The position numbers and the translations under genes were made by a program. Below are positions 10,343-20,341 of a DNA stretch of 64,000 bases, piece by piece. The stretch covers positions 496,001 to 560,000 of the forward strand of contig CP060760.1 in NCBI GenBank assembly GCA_023205875.1, in the 5' to 3' direction. Every line of letters starts with the position of its first letter. Position 1 is the first letter of the stretch. The notes beneath the pieces are model-generated. The model did not search any database, was not told the origin of the DNA, and worked only from the letters and a program-made list of their open reading frames with translations. This DNA is from Chloropicon primus. Lineage: Eukaryota.

Positions 10343-10962
10343 TCAACCCACAAGAAGTCCGAGAAGCTCAGTGTCCCTGTAGAGCGTGAAATCCTTGTCG
10401 TCAACCTTCACTTGGGTGCCGCCATACTCCGGCAACAGCACGTTATCGCCTTCCTGCTCGACCGACACCACGACGAAGAAGAAAGTGAAGCCAACGTCAA
10501 GTGTTAGAGAACGACGAACGCAGAGACGAGACACAGGGCGGCGCGGTGTACCGGAGGAATGCGGTAAGAGGAGGAAACTCACCTTGACGCTCATAGGGAT
10601 GAGGTTCCCGTCAGGGGTCCTTGCACCTGGACCGACGGCAACGACCTTCCCTTCGTTGACCTACGCACACGATAGGCAAAACAAAAGCATGATCGAACGA
10701 ACGAACGAACGAACGAACGAACGACAGAAGCGAACGAGAGAGGCATCAGTACATCGAACCCGAGGCAAGGGGAAGGCCACATCTCGGGGGCTCCTCCCTC
10801 TCCCTCCACTTTCGCTCCACGCGCGTGGAGGTCTGCTGTCCTTACCTTGGACACAGCTGAGTCTGGCAGTATGACTCCGCCCACAGACTTTTGCATGGGA
10901 GCAACGCGCTCCACAAGGACCCTGTCCAACAAAGGAACCAACCGCTTCAAACCTCCGGACAT
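10343..10962 (-). CDS. HSP10: 10-kDa chaperonin (HSP10/CPN10, mitochondrial type), 3 exons
   Basis: PLLDRVLVER, GGVILPD, GKVVAVGPG, VKEGDNVLLPEYGG; exons 10962-10846, 10660-10583, 10453-10343 with canonical splice sites. Confidence 0.95.
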
Positions 10963-10969
10963 GTTGACC

Positions 10970-11005
<36 letters not shown>

Positions 11006-11415
11006 TGCTGTCTCCGACTTCTTCTCCTCTGTCTGCCTCGCTCTCGCTCTTGTTCGTCCTCCGCAGCCGCAATCTTCCTGGACAAAGATCTCGCTGGCAG
11101 CTGGGGCCGGAGTTGCAGGGGAGGGACGATGGTGAGGGAGGGAGGGACAGGTGATGGAGGAGGGGGAGGGGGGAGGGGTTGGATGGGTCTCAGCATTCGA
11201 TTTTCGTCCAAGGATTTGCGCACCTTTCTTGGTTGCAAGGCTTCTTCGGTGGAAGGGGAGGAAGACATTGGAGGGGGGAGAGCGAGGACGGTAACGGTGA
11301 CGGGGCAAAGGTCTTGCGAGTGTAGGCTGCTGTGATCATTATTGGGTAGAAAATTGGGGGGTAAAACTTTACATACATACATACATAATATAATGTGCGT
11401 GGTGGAATACCACCG

Positions 11416-14400
11416 CTACTCCAACGCCTTCTTGTAGAAGAACAGAAAGCAGACCATCCTTTCGACGATGCCGCTGAGGTACAGGAACAGGACCGCCGTC
11501 CGCCAGTTGCTGGTTCTGAACGCATAGATGACGTCCATTTCAACTTTCTCGCCAATAAAGTAACTTGGGTTCGCCGCCTCCTCCTGGAGGGTCAGGGCCT
11601 CCGTGGCCCACCTGTTGTAGGAGGGGAGGATCATCCAGTACAAGAGGGGATTGGAAGCGTCCTGGAGCTCCTTGACTGTGGGTTTCACTCCATTGAGGAC
11701 CGCGCCGAACAGGAAAGTGATCGCAACGGAGAGAACGACCGCCGATCTCGGGTTAGTCACGCACGGCATGATCATCCCCAAACCGCTGCAGGACCACGCC
11801 GTGCCGAACGCGATCAGCAGAAAGTCCGCAAAGGTCTGGTTGTATCCCGTGATATAGAGCACGGGCAGCGTAAACACCACAGATCGGATCAGAAGGTCTA
11901 TCGCCGTGTTGTAGATGTTCAGCGTCGCAAAGATGGCCGTGGTACTGACGCCCTCGCTCACTTCCCTTTGTACCATCGGCAACTCTCTCGATATGAAGAG
12001 GGTGGCCCACAGCGAGGAGAGAACTCCGAGGAACATCATTCCAACCGTGTTCGCTTGAGTCACCCGGTACAGATTCAGAGACATGTTGATTCTGTTCACG
12101 AAAGAGATGGACACCCCGATGACAGCCATCGAGCCGAAGTCAAGAATCTTGAGCTCCAGCGTCCTCATCATTTTCAGCGGCTCGCGCTGGAGCAGGTACA
12201 GGCACTGCTTCGGGAAACCTGCTGTGGACCGGAAGGCAAACTTGCGCTGCCGGCGGGCCGTGAGCATCTGCTTGAGGTGAGAGTTCGCATCAAAGCTGCC
12301 AAGCAGAGACTTCTGGCTGCCAGAAGATCTCATCCTGCTGGCAAGGTTGTTCATCTCGATGGAGCACTCCAATCCCTCCTCGTCAACGCAAACTCCCTCC
12401 TTGTGGGGAAACAGGCCGAGCAGGGCCGTGGAGAACTCGCGAGTCCAGTAGTTCTTCGTCCACCTCATCAGGAAATCCTTGCGCACGATCCTCCCGTCCC
12501 CGTCCACGTCAAAGTGACGGACGATTTGGTTGGCCTCCTCCAGGGTGCACTGCTGACCCATGGACTGGAGGAACTCCAGCATGGTGGTGCTGTCGATGTA
12601 CCCGTCCTGCTGGGCGTCCAGCTGGTCGAATTGCTCCCCGAGGGTCCCGAGCCACCGAGGCGTGGGGACCATGGATTGCGTCCGTTTCACCCTGCTGCTC
12701 TCCTTGCCGCCCTCAAGATCCACGTGCTTGCACGCCTTGACCCCAAGATCAAAGTCCCTGCCCGAAAAGTTCCGGAACGACTGGGACCGGGAACTGATCA
12801 TCGAGTCGTCCTTTGACCTGCCCGTGTCCAGCGCGACGTCCTCAAAGTCCATTCCTTTCGAATCGCAGAACGAGCTCCGCCTGAAGCGATCGTCTGCTCG
12901 CACCTCGTCGTTCCAGAGGGCCACAAGGTCCATCGGAGAGAACCGCTCGTGACCCGGAAGATCGATCAGGCCGGCAATCACGTCGAGCATGAAGTCCGCA
13001 GGGTTCTCGTTCTCGTGGAGCTTGAACCCAATGTCCCGAAAGTAATCCAAGGCGCCGGACGTGGGACCGCTGTACACCACGTAACCCCCCCTCATGAACA
13101 AATGAAGGGCATCAAAGAGCAAAAACGTAGAGTAACGAGGCTGGTGGAGAGAAGCAACAACGGTCACACCAAGATCGCTCATCTTGTTCAAGCTGCTCAT
13201 CACGTCGTTGGCGGCCACGGCATCGAGGCCAGACGTGGGCTCATCAAGGATCAGGAGACTCGGGCAAGCCACGAGCTCGAGGCCGATGCTCACCCTCCTC
13301 GCCTCGCCTCCCGAGATGGACCCCGCGGGGGACAGGGGGTTGCCGACCTTGGCATTCTGGATGTGATTCAGACCCAGAACGGTGATGGTGTCCTGGATGA
13401 TCTCTTTCTTGGTCTGCGCGGAGAGGGAGGGCCCGAGCCTCATCCTGGCGCTGTAAGCGATGTTCTCGTTGACCGTTAGGATCTCGTGCACCACGTTGTC
13501 CTGGGCCACGTACCCAACCCCAAGCTGCACGGCCGTCTCCCTGGCTCTGAGCTTCGTCAAGGATTTGCACATGCTGCCGCCCCCGCAGCACCCGGACCTC
13601 CCCCCGGTGCTGCTCAACAAGTTCACCTTGATGGGGTGATTCTTGAACTCAAACCTGATCTCTCCCCGCGGTTGGGAGTTCACCGAGAACTTGCCCACCA
13701 AGGATTTGAGGAAGGTCGTCTTTCCCGCGCCGCTGGATCCCAGGATCACGTTCAGGGTCGACGCCCGGAACAGCAAATTCACCCCCCTGAGAACCAGCTT
13801 GCTCTTGCCGTGGGACTTGACCTCCACGCTCAAGTTGTCGACCACGATGTCCACCAGCCTGATGTTCTCGGAGAACCCCTTGAGGTTCGAGGCGTAAGAC
13901 ATTTGGTCCGAGCCCAGGCCGAGCTTGACGCCGATGGCCTTGAGGAGCGTGGACTGCTTTTCGGCCTTCCTGGCCCTCCTGAGCACCGACCTCTGAGACA
14001 CTTTGATCCAGATGGCGAGAGCGAGCAGGAGGAGCAGGAAGCACCCGAAGAGCGCCCCCAGCCCGATCACGAGGTAAAGGGAGATGCTCGGCTTGCCGGA
14101 GCCTTCGGGGCAATTGGTCATCATCGGGCACTCCTTTGGCTCCTTGCTCTGGACCTCGCAGTAGTGCCCCTCCGGGCAGGCGACAGCGATCGACGCGGTG
14201 GGGCAGTACCACCCGGCTGGACACAGGCCGAAGGGGCTGGTGGAGGCCGGCGGGCAGTAGTTGCCCTCCAAGGTGATGGCCCCGGCAATTGTGATTCCCT
14301 CGCAACGGAACGGCTGGTGGCTTCCGAGGGGGCAAAAGTACCCCGAGGGGCACACGTACGCCGTGGTCGTGTTGGGGCAATAGTACCCGACGGGACAGAG

Positions 14401-15147
14401 GTTGAGCCTGGTGCTCCCCAGAGCCAGGCCCCCGTCGTGGAGGGTGCCGCTGGGGCACAAGCTCCCCTTCTCGCAAGGCTCGCACCTGCCGAGGGCGCCC
14501 CTCGACGCCAGCGCGAGCTCCAGCGAGGGCATGCACTGGTACCCCGCCTTGCACCTCCCGCTGCACGACTCTGTCGTCATGGACAGGCCCGGCGTGAAGT
14601 CCTCGTCCCCCAAGTCGCTCTCCGCGAAGACTCCCCCGATGAAGGACTGAACGAAGCCCCAATCGGGCTGGGGGTCGAGGCTCACCGCCATCTCCGCCCG
14701 CTGGAAGCTTCCCGTGGGGATGACCACCAGGTCGTCCAGCGTGCAGAACTCCGGATTCCCCTCGGGCTCGACCTCGGCCGACGTGCAGTTGGGCTCCACC
14801 ACCGTGTTGCTCGGGTACCACATCGTCCAACTCGGCTCCCCCAGAACGCTCTCCCCGCTCAAGCGCTCGAACATTGGGTTCGGGAGCTCGGCCCTCCGCC
14901 TCTTCTCCACCTCCCTCGCGAGCTCCTCGCCGCCCATCGCGCTGCAGAAGACAGGCACCGAAATGTTCTTCAACCCGCCGCCCTGCCCCTCACCCTCTCC
15001 CTCCTGCTGGCACAAGGCGTTCAGCACGTCCGTCTCGAGCTTCTCGTCCAGCGCGATCATTGGGACGGCGTCGTCCTGCCCCAAGCACGAGCCCAGGGAG
15101 CACAGCAGGAGCAGCACCGCGGCCACCCACGACCGTAACGGCTCCAT
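11416..15147 (-). CDS. ABCG half-transporter with Cys-rich ectodomain and EF-hand pair, copy 1
   Basis: Signal peptide; CPxGxYCP repeats; TM; Walker A GSSGAGKT; signature ISGGEARR; Walker B LILDEPTSGLD; H-loop LHQP; ENPADF; EF-hand loops; multi-TM C-terminus. Confidence 0.93.
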   Translation of the reverse strand: MEPLRSWVAAVLLLLCSLGSCLGQDDAVPMIALDEKLETDVLNALCQQEGEGEGQGGGLKNISVPVFCSAMGGEELAREVEKRRRAELPNPMFERLSGESVLGEPSWTMWYPSNTVVEPNCTSAEVEPEGNPEFCTLDDLVVIPTGSFQRAEMAVSLDPQPDWGFVQSFIGGVFAESDLGDEDFTPGLSMTTESCSGRCKAGYQCMPSLELALASRGALGRCEPCEKGSLCPSGTLHDGGLALGSTRLNLCPVGYYCPNTTTAYVCPSGYFCPLGSHQPFRCEGITIAGAITLEGNYCPPASTSPFGLCPAGWYCPTASIAVACPEGHYCEVQSKEPKECPMMTNCPEGSGKPSISLYLVIGLGALFGCFLLLLLALAIWIKVSQRSVLRRARKAEKQSTLLKAIGVKLGLGSDQMSYASNLKGFSENIRLVDIVVDNLSVEVKSHGKSKLVLRGVNLLFRASTLNVILGSSGAGKTTFLKSLVGKFSVNSQPRGEIRFEFKNHPIKVNLLSSTGGRSGCCGGGSMCKSLTKLRARETAVQLGVGYVAQDNVVHEILTVNENIAYSARMRLGPSLSAQTKKEIIQDTITVLGLNHIQNAKVGNPLSPAGSISGGEARRVSIGLELVACPSLLILDEPTSGLDAVAANDVMSSLNKMSDLGVTVVASLHQPRYSTFLLFDALHLFMRGGYVVYSGPTSGALDYFRDIGFKLHENENPADFMLDVIAGLIDLPGHERFSPMDLVALWNDEVRADDRFRRSSFCDSKGMDFEDVALDTGRSKDDSMISSRSQSFRNFSGRDFDLGVKACKHVDLEGGKESSRVKRTQSMVPTPRWLGTLGEQFDQLDAQQDGYIDSTTMLEFLQSMGQQCTLEEANQIVRHFDVDGDGRIVRKDFLMRWTKNYWTREFSTALLGLFPHKEGVCVDEEGLECSIEMNNLASRMRSSGSQKSLLGSFDANSHLKQMLTARRQRKFAFRSTAGFPKQCLYLLQREPLKMMRTLELKILDFGSMAVIGVSISFVNRINMSLNLYRVTQANTVGMMFLGVLSSLWATLFISRELPMVQREVSEGVSTTAIFATLNIYNTAIDLLIRSVVFTLPVLYITGYNQTFADFLLIAFGTAWSCSGLGMIMPCVTNPRSAVVLSVAITFLFGAVLNGVKPTVKELQDASNPLLYWMILPSYNRWATEALTLQEEAANPSYFIGEKVEMDVIYAFRTSNWRTAVLFLYLSGIVERMVCFLFFYKKALE

Positions 15148-15870
15148 CCCCCCCGGCTGCGCCCGTCGCCCTCGTCCGCAATTCACGGGGCCATGTGTCC
15201 GCTTCGTTGAGGAACAAACAAACAAACAAAAACGCGAACGAACCGAGAAGTTCTCCCCTCTTCCTCTCCCCCTCTCTCCCTCTCTCTCTTGGGGACGTCG
15301 CCTAAACCCAGCGCACGCACCCCTGCCTCGAGAGAGAACTCAACCGACCCTTCGGAGGCTAGTAAGGGGCCAAGAGCTCGTGCAAGTTCCCCGAAACGCG
15401 AGAGACGTGCCTATCGAAAGCCCCTCCCGCGTTTTGCGCCGTCGTTCCTCGTCCCTCTTCCGCTCAAACCCTTCTCGTAACGCTCGTAACCGTAACGCCT
15501 CTCTGACGCCAGAACGGAACGAGCAACTTTGTGGTCCGTTCGGTTTTAGCGCGAACTCTTTTTGAAAATTGTAGCTTTTGTGCTAAGGTCTCTCGTCTTG
15601 TGATTGGGGGGGGGAACCGGATGAAAAACAAAGATGAAGAAGATGATGCCTTTTTTGGAGACCAAGACCAAGGGGAAGGGGAAGGAAGGCCCTCTCTTCT
15701 CTCTCTTCTCTCTCTTCTCTCTTCTCTCTCTCTTCTCTCTTGTCGGCAGGACATCCTTTGCTCGACAAAGTAAAGTTTTGTGTATATATAGGATCATAAT
15801 ACATAAGCTATTGCTTGAATTCGTTTGCGCAGCAAGCAACTCTCGTCTTGCCTCTCCCCCCCACACACTC

Positions 15871-18800
15871 CTACTCCAACGCCTTCTTGTAGAAGAAGAA
15901 GAAGCAAATCAGGCGCAACAGGATGCCGCTGAGGTACAAGAACAGGACCGCCGTCAGCCAGTTGCTCGGGTCGTATCCGAAAGAGTTCAACTCCAACTTC
16001 TCGGCAAAGGAATAGTCCGTGTTCGCCGCCTCCTCCTGGATGGTCAGGGCCTCCGTGGCCCACCTGTTGTAGGAGGGGAGGACCATCCAGTACAAGAGGG
16101 GATTGGAAGCGTCCTGGAGCTCCTTGATGCTCGGCCCCACTCCATTGAGGACCGCGCCGAACAGGAAAGTGATCGCAACGGAGAGAACGACCGCCGATCT
16201 CGGGTTGGTCACGCACGGCATGATCATCCCCAAACCGCTGCAGGACCACGCCGTGCCGAACGCGATCAGCAGAAAGTCCGCAAAGGTCTGGTTGTACCCC
16301 GAGATGTAAAAGAACGGCAGTGTGTAGGCCAGGCACCTCACCAGGATGTCCACCGCCGTGTTGTAGATGTTCAGCGTCGCAAAGATGGCTCCGGCGTGGA
16401 CGCCCTCGCTCACTTCCCTTTGTACCATCGGCAACTCTCTCGATATGAAGAGGGTGGCCCACAGCGAGGAGAGAACTCCCACAAACATCATTCCAACCGT
16501 GTTCGCCTGCTTCACCGCCTCAAGGTTCGAGCCCAGGGCGGTCCGGTTCACGAATGCGTAGGACACCCCGATGACAGCCATCGAGCCGAAGTCAAGAATC
16601 TTGAGCTCCAGCGTCCTCATCATTTTCAGCGGCTCGCGCTGGAGCAGGTACAGGCACTGCTTCGGGAAACCTGCTGTGGACCGGAAGGCAAACTTGCGCT
16701 GCCGGCGGGCCGTGAGCATCTGCTTGAGGTGAGAGCTCGCATCAAAGCTGCCAAGCAGAGACTTCTGGCTGCCAGAAGATCTCATCCTACTAGCAAGGTT
16801 GTTCATCTCGATGGAGCACTCCAATCCCTCCTCGTCAACGCAAACTCCCTCCTTGTGGGGAAACAGGCCGAGCAGGGCCGTGGAGAACTCGCGAGTCCAG
16901 TAGTTCTTCGTCCACCTCATCAGGAAATCCTTGCGCACGATCCTCCCGTCCCCGTCCACGTCAAAGTGACGGACGATTTGGTTGGCCTCCTCCAGGGTGC
17001 ACTGCTGACCCATGGACTGGAGGAACTCCAGCATGGTGGTGCTGTCGATGTACCCGTCCTGCTGGGCGTCCAGCTGGTCGAATTGCTCCCCGAGGGTCCC
17101 GAGCCACCGAGGCGTGGGGACCATGGATTGCGTCCGTTTCACCCTGCTGCTCTCCTTGCCGCCCTCAAGATCCACGTGCTTGCACGCCTTGACCCCAAGA
17201 TCAAAGTCCCTGCCCGAAAAGTTCCGGAACGACTGGGACCGGGAACTGATCATCGAGTCGTCCTTTGACCTGCCCGTGTCCAGCGCGACGTCCTCAAAGT
17301 CCATTCCTTTCGAATCGCAGAACGAGCTCCGCCCGAAGCGATCGTCTGCTCGCACCTCGTCGTTCCAGAGGGCCACAAGGTCCATCGGAGAGAACTCATC
17401 GTGACCCGGAAGATCGATCAGGCCGGCAATCACGTCGAGCATGAAGTCCGCAGGGTTCTCGTTCTCGTGGAGCTTGAACCCAATGTCCCGAAAGTAATCC
17501 AAGGCGCCGGACGTGGGACCGCTGTACACCACGTAACCCCCCCTCATGAACAAATGAAGGGCATCAAAGAGCAAAAACGTAGAGTAACGAGGCTGGTGGA
17601 GAGAAGCAACAACGGTCACACCAAGATCGCTCATCTTGTTCAAGCTGCTCATCACGTCGTTGGCGGCCACGGCATCGAGGCCAGACGTGGGCTCATCAAG
17701 GATCAGGAGACTCGGGCAAGCCACGAGCTCGAGGCCGATGCTCACCCTCCTCGCCTCGCCTCCCGAGATGGACCCCGCGGGGGACAGGGGGTTGCCGACC
17801 TTGGCATTCTGGATGTGATTCAGACCCAGAACGGTGATGGTGTCCTGGATGATCTCTTTCTTGGTCTGCGCGGAGAGGGAGGGCCCGAGCCTCATCCTGG
17901 CGCTGTAAGCGATGTTCTCGTTGACCGTTAGGATCTCGTGCACCACGTTGTCCTGGGCCACGTACCCAACCCCAAGCTGCACGGCCGTCTCCCTGGCTCT
18001 GAGCTTCGTCAAGGATTTGCACATGCTGCCGCCCCCGCAGCACCCGGACCTCCCCCCGGTGCTGCTCAACAAGTTCACCTTGATGGGGTGATTCTTGAAC
18101 TCAAACCTGATCTCTCCCCGCGGTTGGGAGTTCACCGAGAACTTGCCCACCAAGGATTTGAGGAAGGTCGTCTTTCCCGCGCCGCTGGATCCCAGGATCA
18201 CGTTCAGGGTCGACGCCCGGAACAGCAAATTCACCCCCCTGAGAACCAGCTTGCTCTTGCCGTGGGACTTGACCTCCACGCTCAAGTTGTCGACCACGAT
18301 GTCCACCAGCCTGATGTTCTCGGAGAACCCCTTGAGGTTCGAGGCGTAAGACATTTGGTCCGAGCCCAGGCCGAGCTTGACGCCGATGGCCTTGAGGAGC
18401 GTGGACTGCTTTTCGGCCTTCCTGGCCCTCCTGAGCACCGACCTCTGAGACACTTTGATCCAGATGGCGAGAGCGAGCAGGAGGAGCAGGAAGCACCCGA
18501 AGAGCGCCCCCAGCCCGATCACGAGGTAAAGGGAGATGCTCGGCTTGCCGGAGCCTTCGGGGCAATTGGTCATCATCGGGCACTCCTTTGGCTCCTTGCT
18601 CTGGACCTCGCAGTAGTGCCCCTCCGGGCAGGCGACAGCGATCGACGCGGTGGGGCAGTACCACCCGGCTGGACACAGGCCGAAGGGGCTGGTGGAGGCC
18701 GGCGGGCAGTAGTTGCCCTCCAAGGTGATGGCCCCGGCAATTGTGATTCCCTCGCAACGGAACGGCTGGTGGCTTCCGAGGGGGCAAAAGTACCCCGAGG

Positions 18801-19599
18801 GGCACACGTACGCCGTGGTCGTGTTGGGGCAATAGTACCCGACGGGACAGAGGTTGAGCCTGGTGCTCCCCAGAGCCAGGCCCCCGTCGTGGAGGGTGCC
18901 GCTGGGGCACAAGCTCCCCTTCTCGCAAGGCTCGCACCTGCCGAGGGCGCCCCTCGACGCCAGCGCGAGCTCCAGCGAGGGCATGCACTGGTACCCCGCC
19001 TTGCACCTCCCGCTGCACGACTCTGTCGTCATGGACAGGCCCGGCGTGAAGTCCTCGTCCCCCAAGTCGCTCTCCGCGAAGACTCCCCCGATGAAGGACT
19101 GAACGAAGCCCCAATCGGGCTGGGGGTCGAGGCTCACCGCCATCTCCGCCCGCTGGAAGCTTCCCGTGGGGATGACCACCAGGTCGTCCAGCGTGCAGAA
19201 CTCCGGATTCCCCTCGGGCTCGACCTCGGCCGACGTGCAGTTGGGCTCCACCACCGTGTTGCTCGGGTACCACATCGTCCAACTCGGCTCCCCCAGAATG
19301 CTCTTGCCGCTCAAGCGCTCGAACATTGGGTTCGGGAGCTCGGCCCTCCGCCTCTTCTCCACCTCCCTCGCGAGCTCCTCGCCGCCCATCGCGCTGCAGA
19401 AGACAGGCACCGAAATGTTCTTCGACCCGCCGCCCTGCCCCTCACCCTCTCCCTCCTGCTGGCACAAGGCGTTCAGCACGTCCGTCTCGAGCTTCTTGTC
19501 CAGCGCGATCATTGGGACGGCGTCGTCCTGCCCCAAGCACGAGCCCAGGGAGCACAGCAGAAGCAGCACCGCGGCCACCCACGACCGTAACGGCTCCAT
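15871..19599 (-). CDS. ABCG half-transporter, copy 2 (chimeric)
   Basis: Same motifs; N-terminus matches copy 1 and C-terminal TM domain matches copy 3. Confidence 0.93.
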   Translation of the reverse strand: MEPLRSWVAAVLLLLCSLGSCLGQDDAVPMIALDKKLETDVLNALCQQEGEGEGQGGGSKNISVPVFCSAMGGEELAREVEKRRRAELPNPMFERLSGKSILGEPSWTMWYPSNTVVEPNCTSAEVEPEGNPEFCTLDDLVVIPTGSFQRAEMAVSLDPQPDWGFVQSFIGGVFAESDLGDEDFTPGLSMTTESCSGRCKAGYQCMPSLELALASRGALGRCEPCEKGSLCPSGTLHDGGLALGSTRLNLCPVGYYCPNTTTAYVCPSGYFCPLGSHQPFRCEGITIAGAITLEGNYCPPASTSPFGLCPAGWYCPTASIAVACPEGHYCEVQSKEPKECPMMTNCPEGSGKPSISLYLVIGLGALFGCFLLLLLALAIWIKVSQRSVLRRARKAEKQSTLLKAIGVKLGLGSDQMSYASNLKGFSENIRLVDIVVDNLSVEVKSHGKSKLVLRGVNLLFRASTLNVILGSSGAGKTTFLKSLVGKFSVNSQPRGEIRFEFKNHPIKVNLLSSTGGRSGCCGGGSMCKSLTKLRARETAVQLGVGYVAQDNVVHEILTVNENIAYSARMRLGPSLSAQTKKEIIQDTITVLGLNHIQNAKVGNPLSPAGSISGGEARRVSIGLELVACPSLLILDEPTSGLDAVAANDVMSSLNKMSDLGVTVVASLHQPRYSTFLLFDALHLFMRGGYVVYSGPTSGALDYFRDIGFKLHENENPADFMLDVIAGLIDLPGHDEFSPMDLVALWNDEVRADDRFGRSSFCDSKGMDFEDVALDTGRSKDDSMISSRSQSFRNFSGRDFDLGVKACKHVDLEGGKESSRVKRTQSMVPTPRWLGTLGEQFDQLDAQQDGYIDSTTMLEFLQSMGQQCTLEEANQIVRHFDVDGDGRIVRKDFLMRWTKNYWTREFSTALLGLFPHKEGVCVDEEGLECSIEMNNLASRMRSSGSQKSLLGSFDASSHLKQMLTARRQRKFAFRSTAGFPKQCLYLLQREPLKMMRTLELKILDFGSMAVIGVSYAFVNRTALGSNLEAVKQANTVGMMFVGVLSSLWATLFISRELPMVQREVSEGVHAGAIFATLNIYNTAVDILVRCLAYTLPFFYISGYNQTFADFLLIAFGTAWSCSGLGMIMPCVTNPRSAVVLSVAITFLFGAVLNGVGPSIKELQDASNPLLYWMVLPSYNRWATEALTIQEEAANTDYSFAEKLELNSFGYDPSNWLTAVLFLYLSGILLRLICFFFFYKKALE

Positions 19600-20341
19600 C
19601 CCCCCCGGCTGCGCCCGTCGCCCTCGTCCGCAATTCACGGGGCCATGTGTCCGCTTCGTTGAGGAACAAACAAACAAACAAAAACGCGAACGAACCGAGA
19701 AGTTCTCCCCTCTTCCTCTCCCCCTCTCTCCCTCTCTCTCTTGGGGACGTCGCCTAAACCCAGCGCACGCACCCCTGCCTCGAGAGAGAACTCAACCGAC
19801 CCTTCGGAGGCTAGTAAGGGGCCAAGAGCTCGTGCAAGTTCCCCGAAACGCGAGAGACGTGCCTATCGAAAGCCCCTCCCGCGTTTTGCGCCGTCGTTCC
19901 TCGTCCCTCTTCCGCTCAAACCCTTCTCGTAACGCTCGTAACCGTAACGCCTCTCTGACGCCGGAACGGAACAAGCAAGAACCAGAACCTTCGTTGTCCT
20001 CCCGGTCTTAGCGCGAGACGTGCTGTGCTAAGGTCTCTCGTCTTGTGATTGGGGGGGGGCGAACCGGATGAAAAACAAAGATGAAGAAGATGGATGAAAA
20101 ACAAAGATGAAGAAGATGATGCCTTTTTTGGAGACCAAGACCAAGGGGAAGGGGAAGGAAGGCCCTCTCTTCTCTCTTCTCTCTCTTCTCTCTTCTCTCT
20201 CTCTTCTCTCTTGTCGGCAGGACATCCTTTGCTCGACAAAGTAAAGTTTTGTGTATATATAGGATCATAATACATAAGTTATTGTTTGAATTCGTTTGCG
20301 CAGCAAGCAACTCTCGTCTTGCCTCTCCCCCACACACACTC

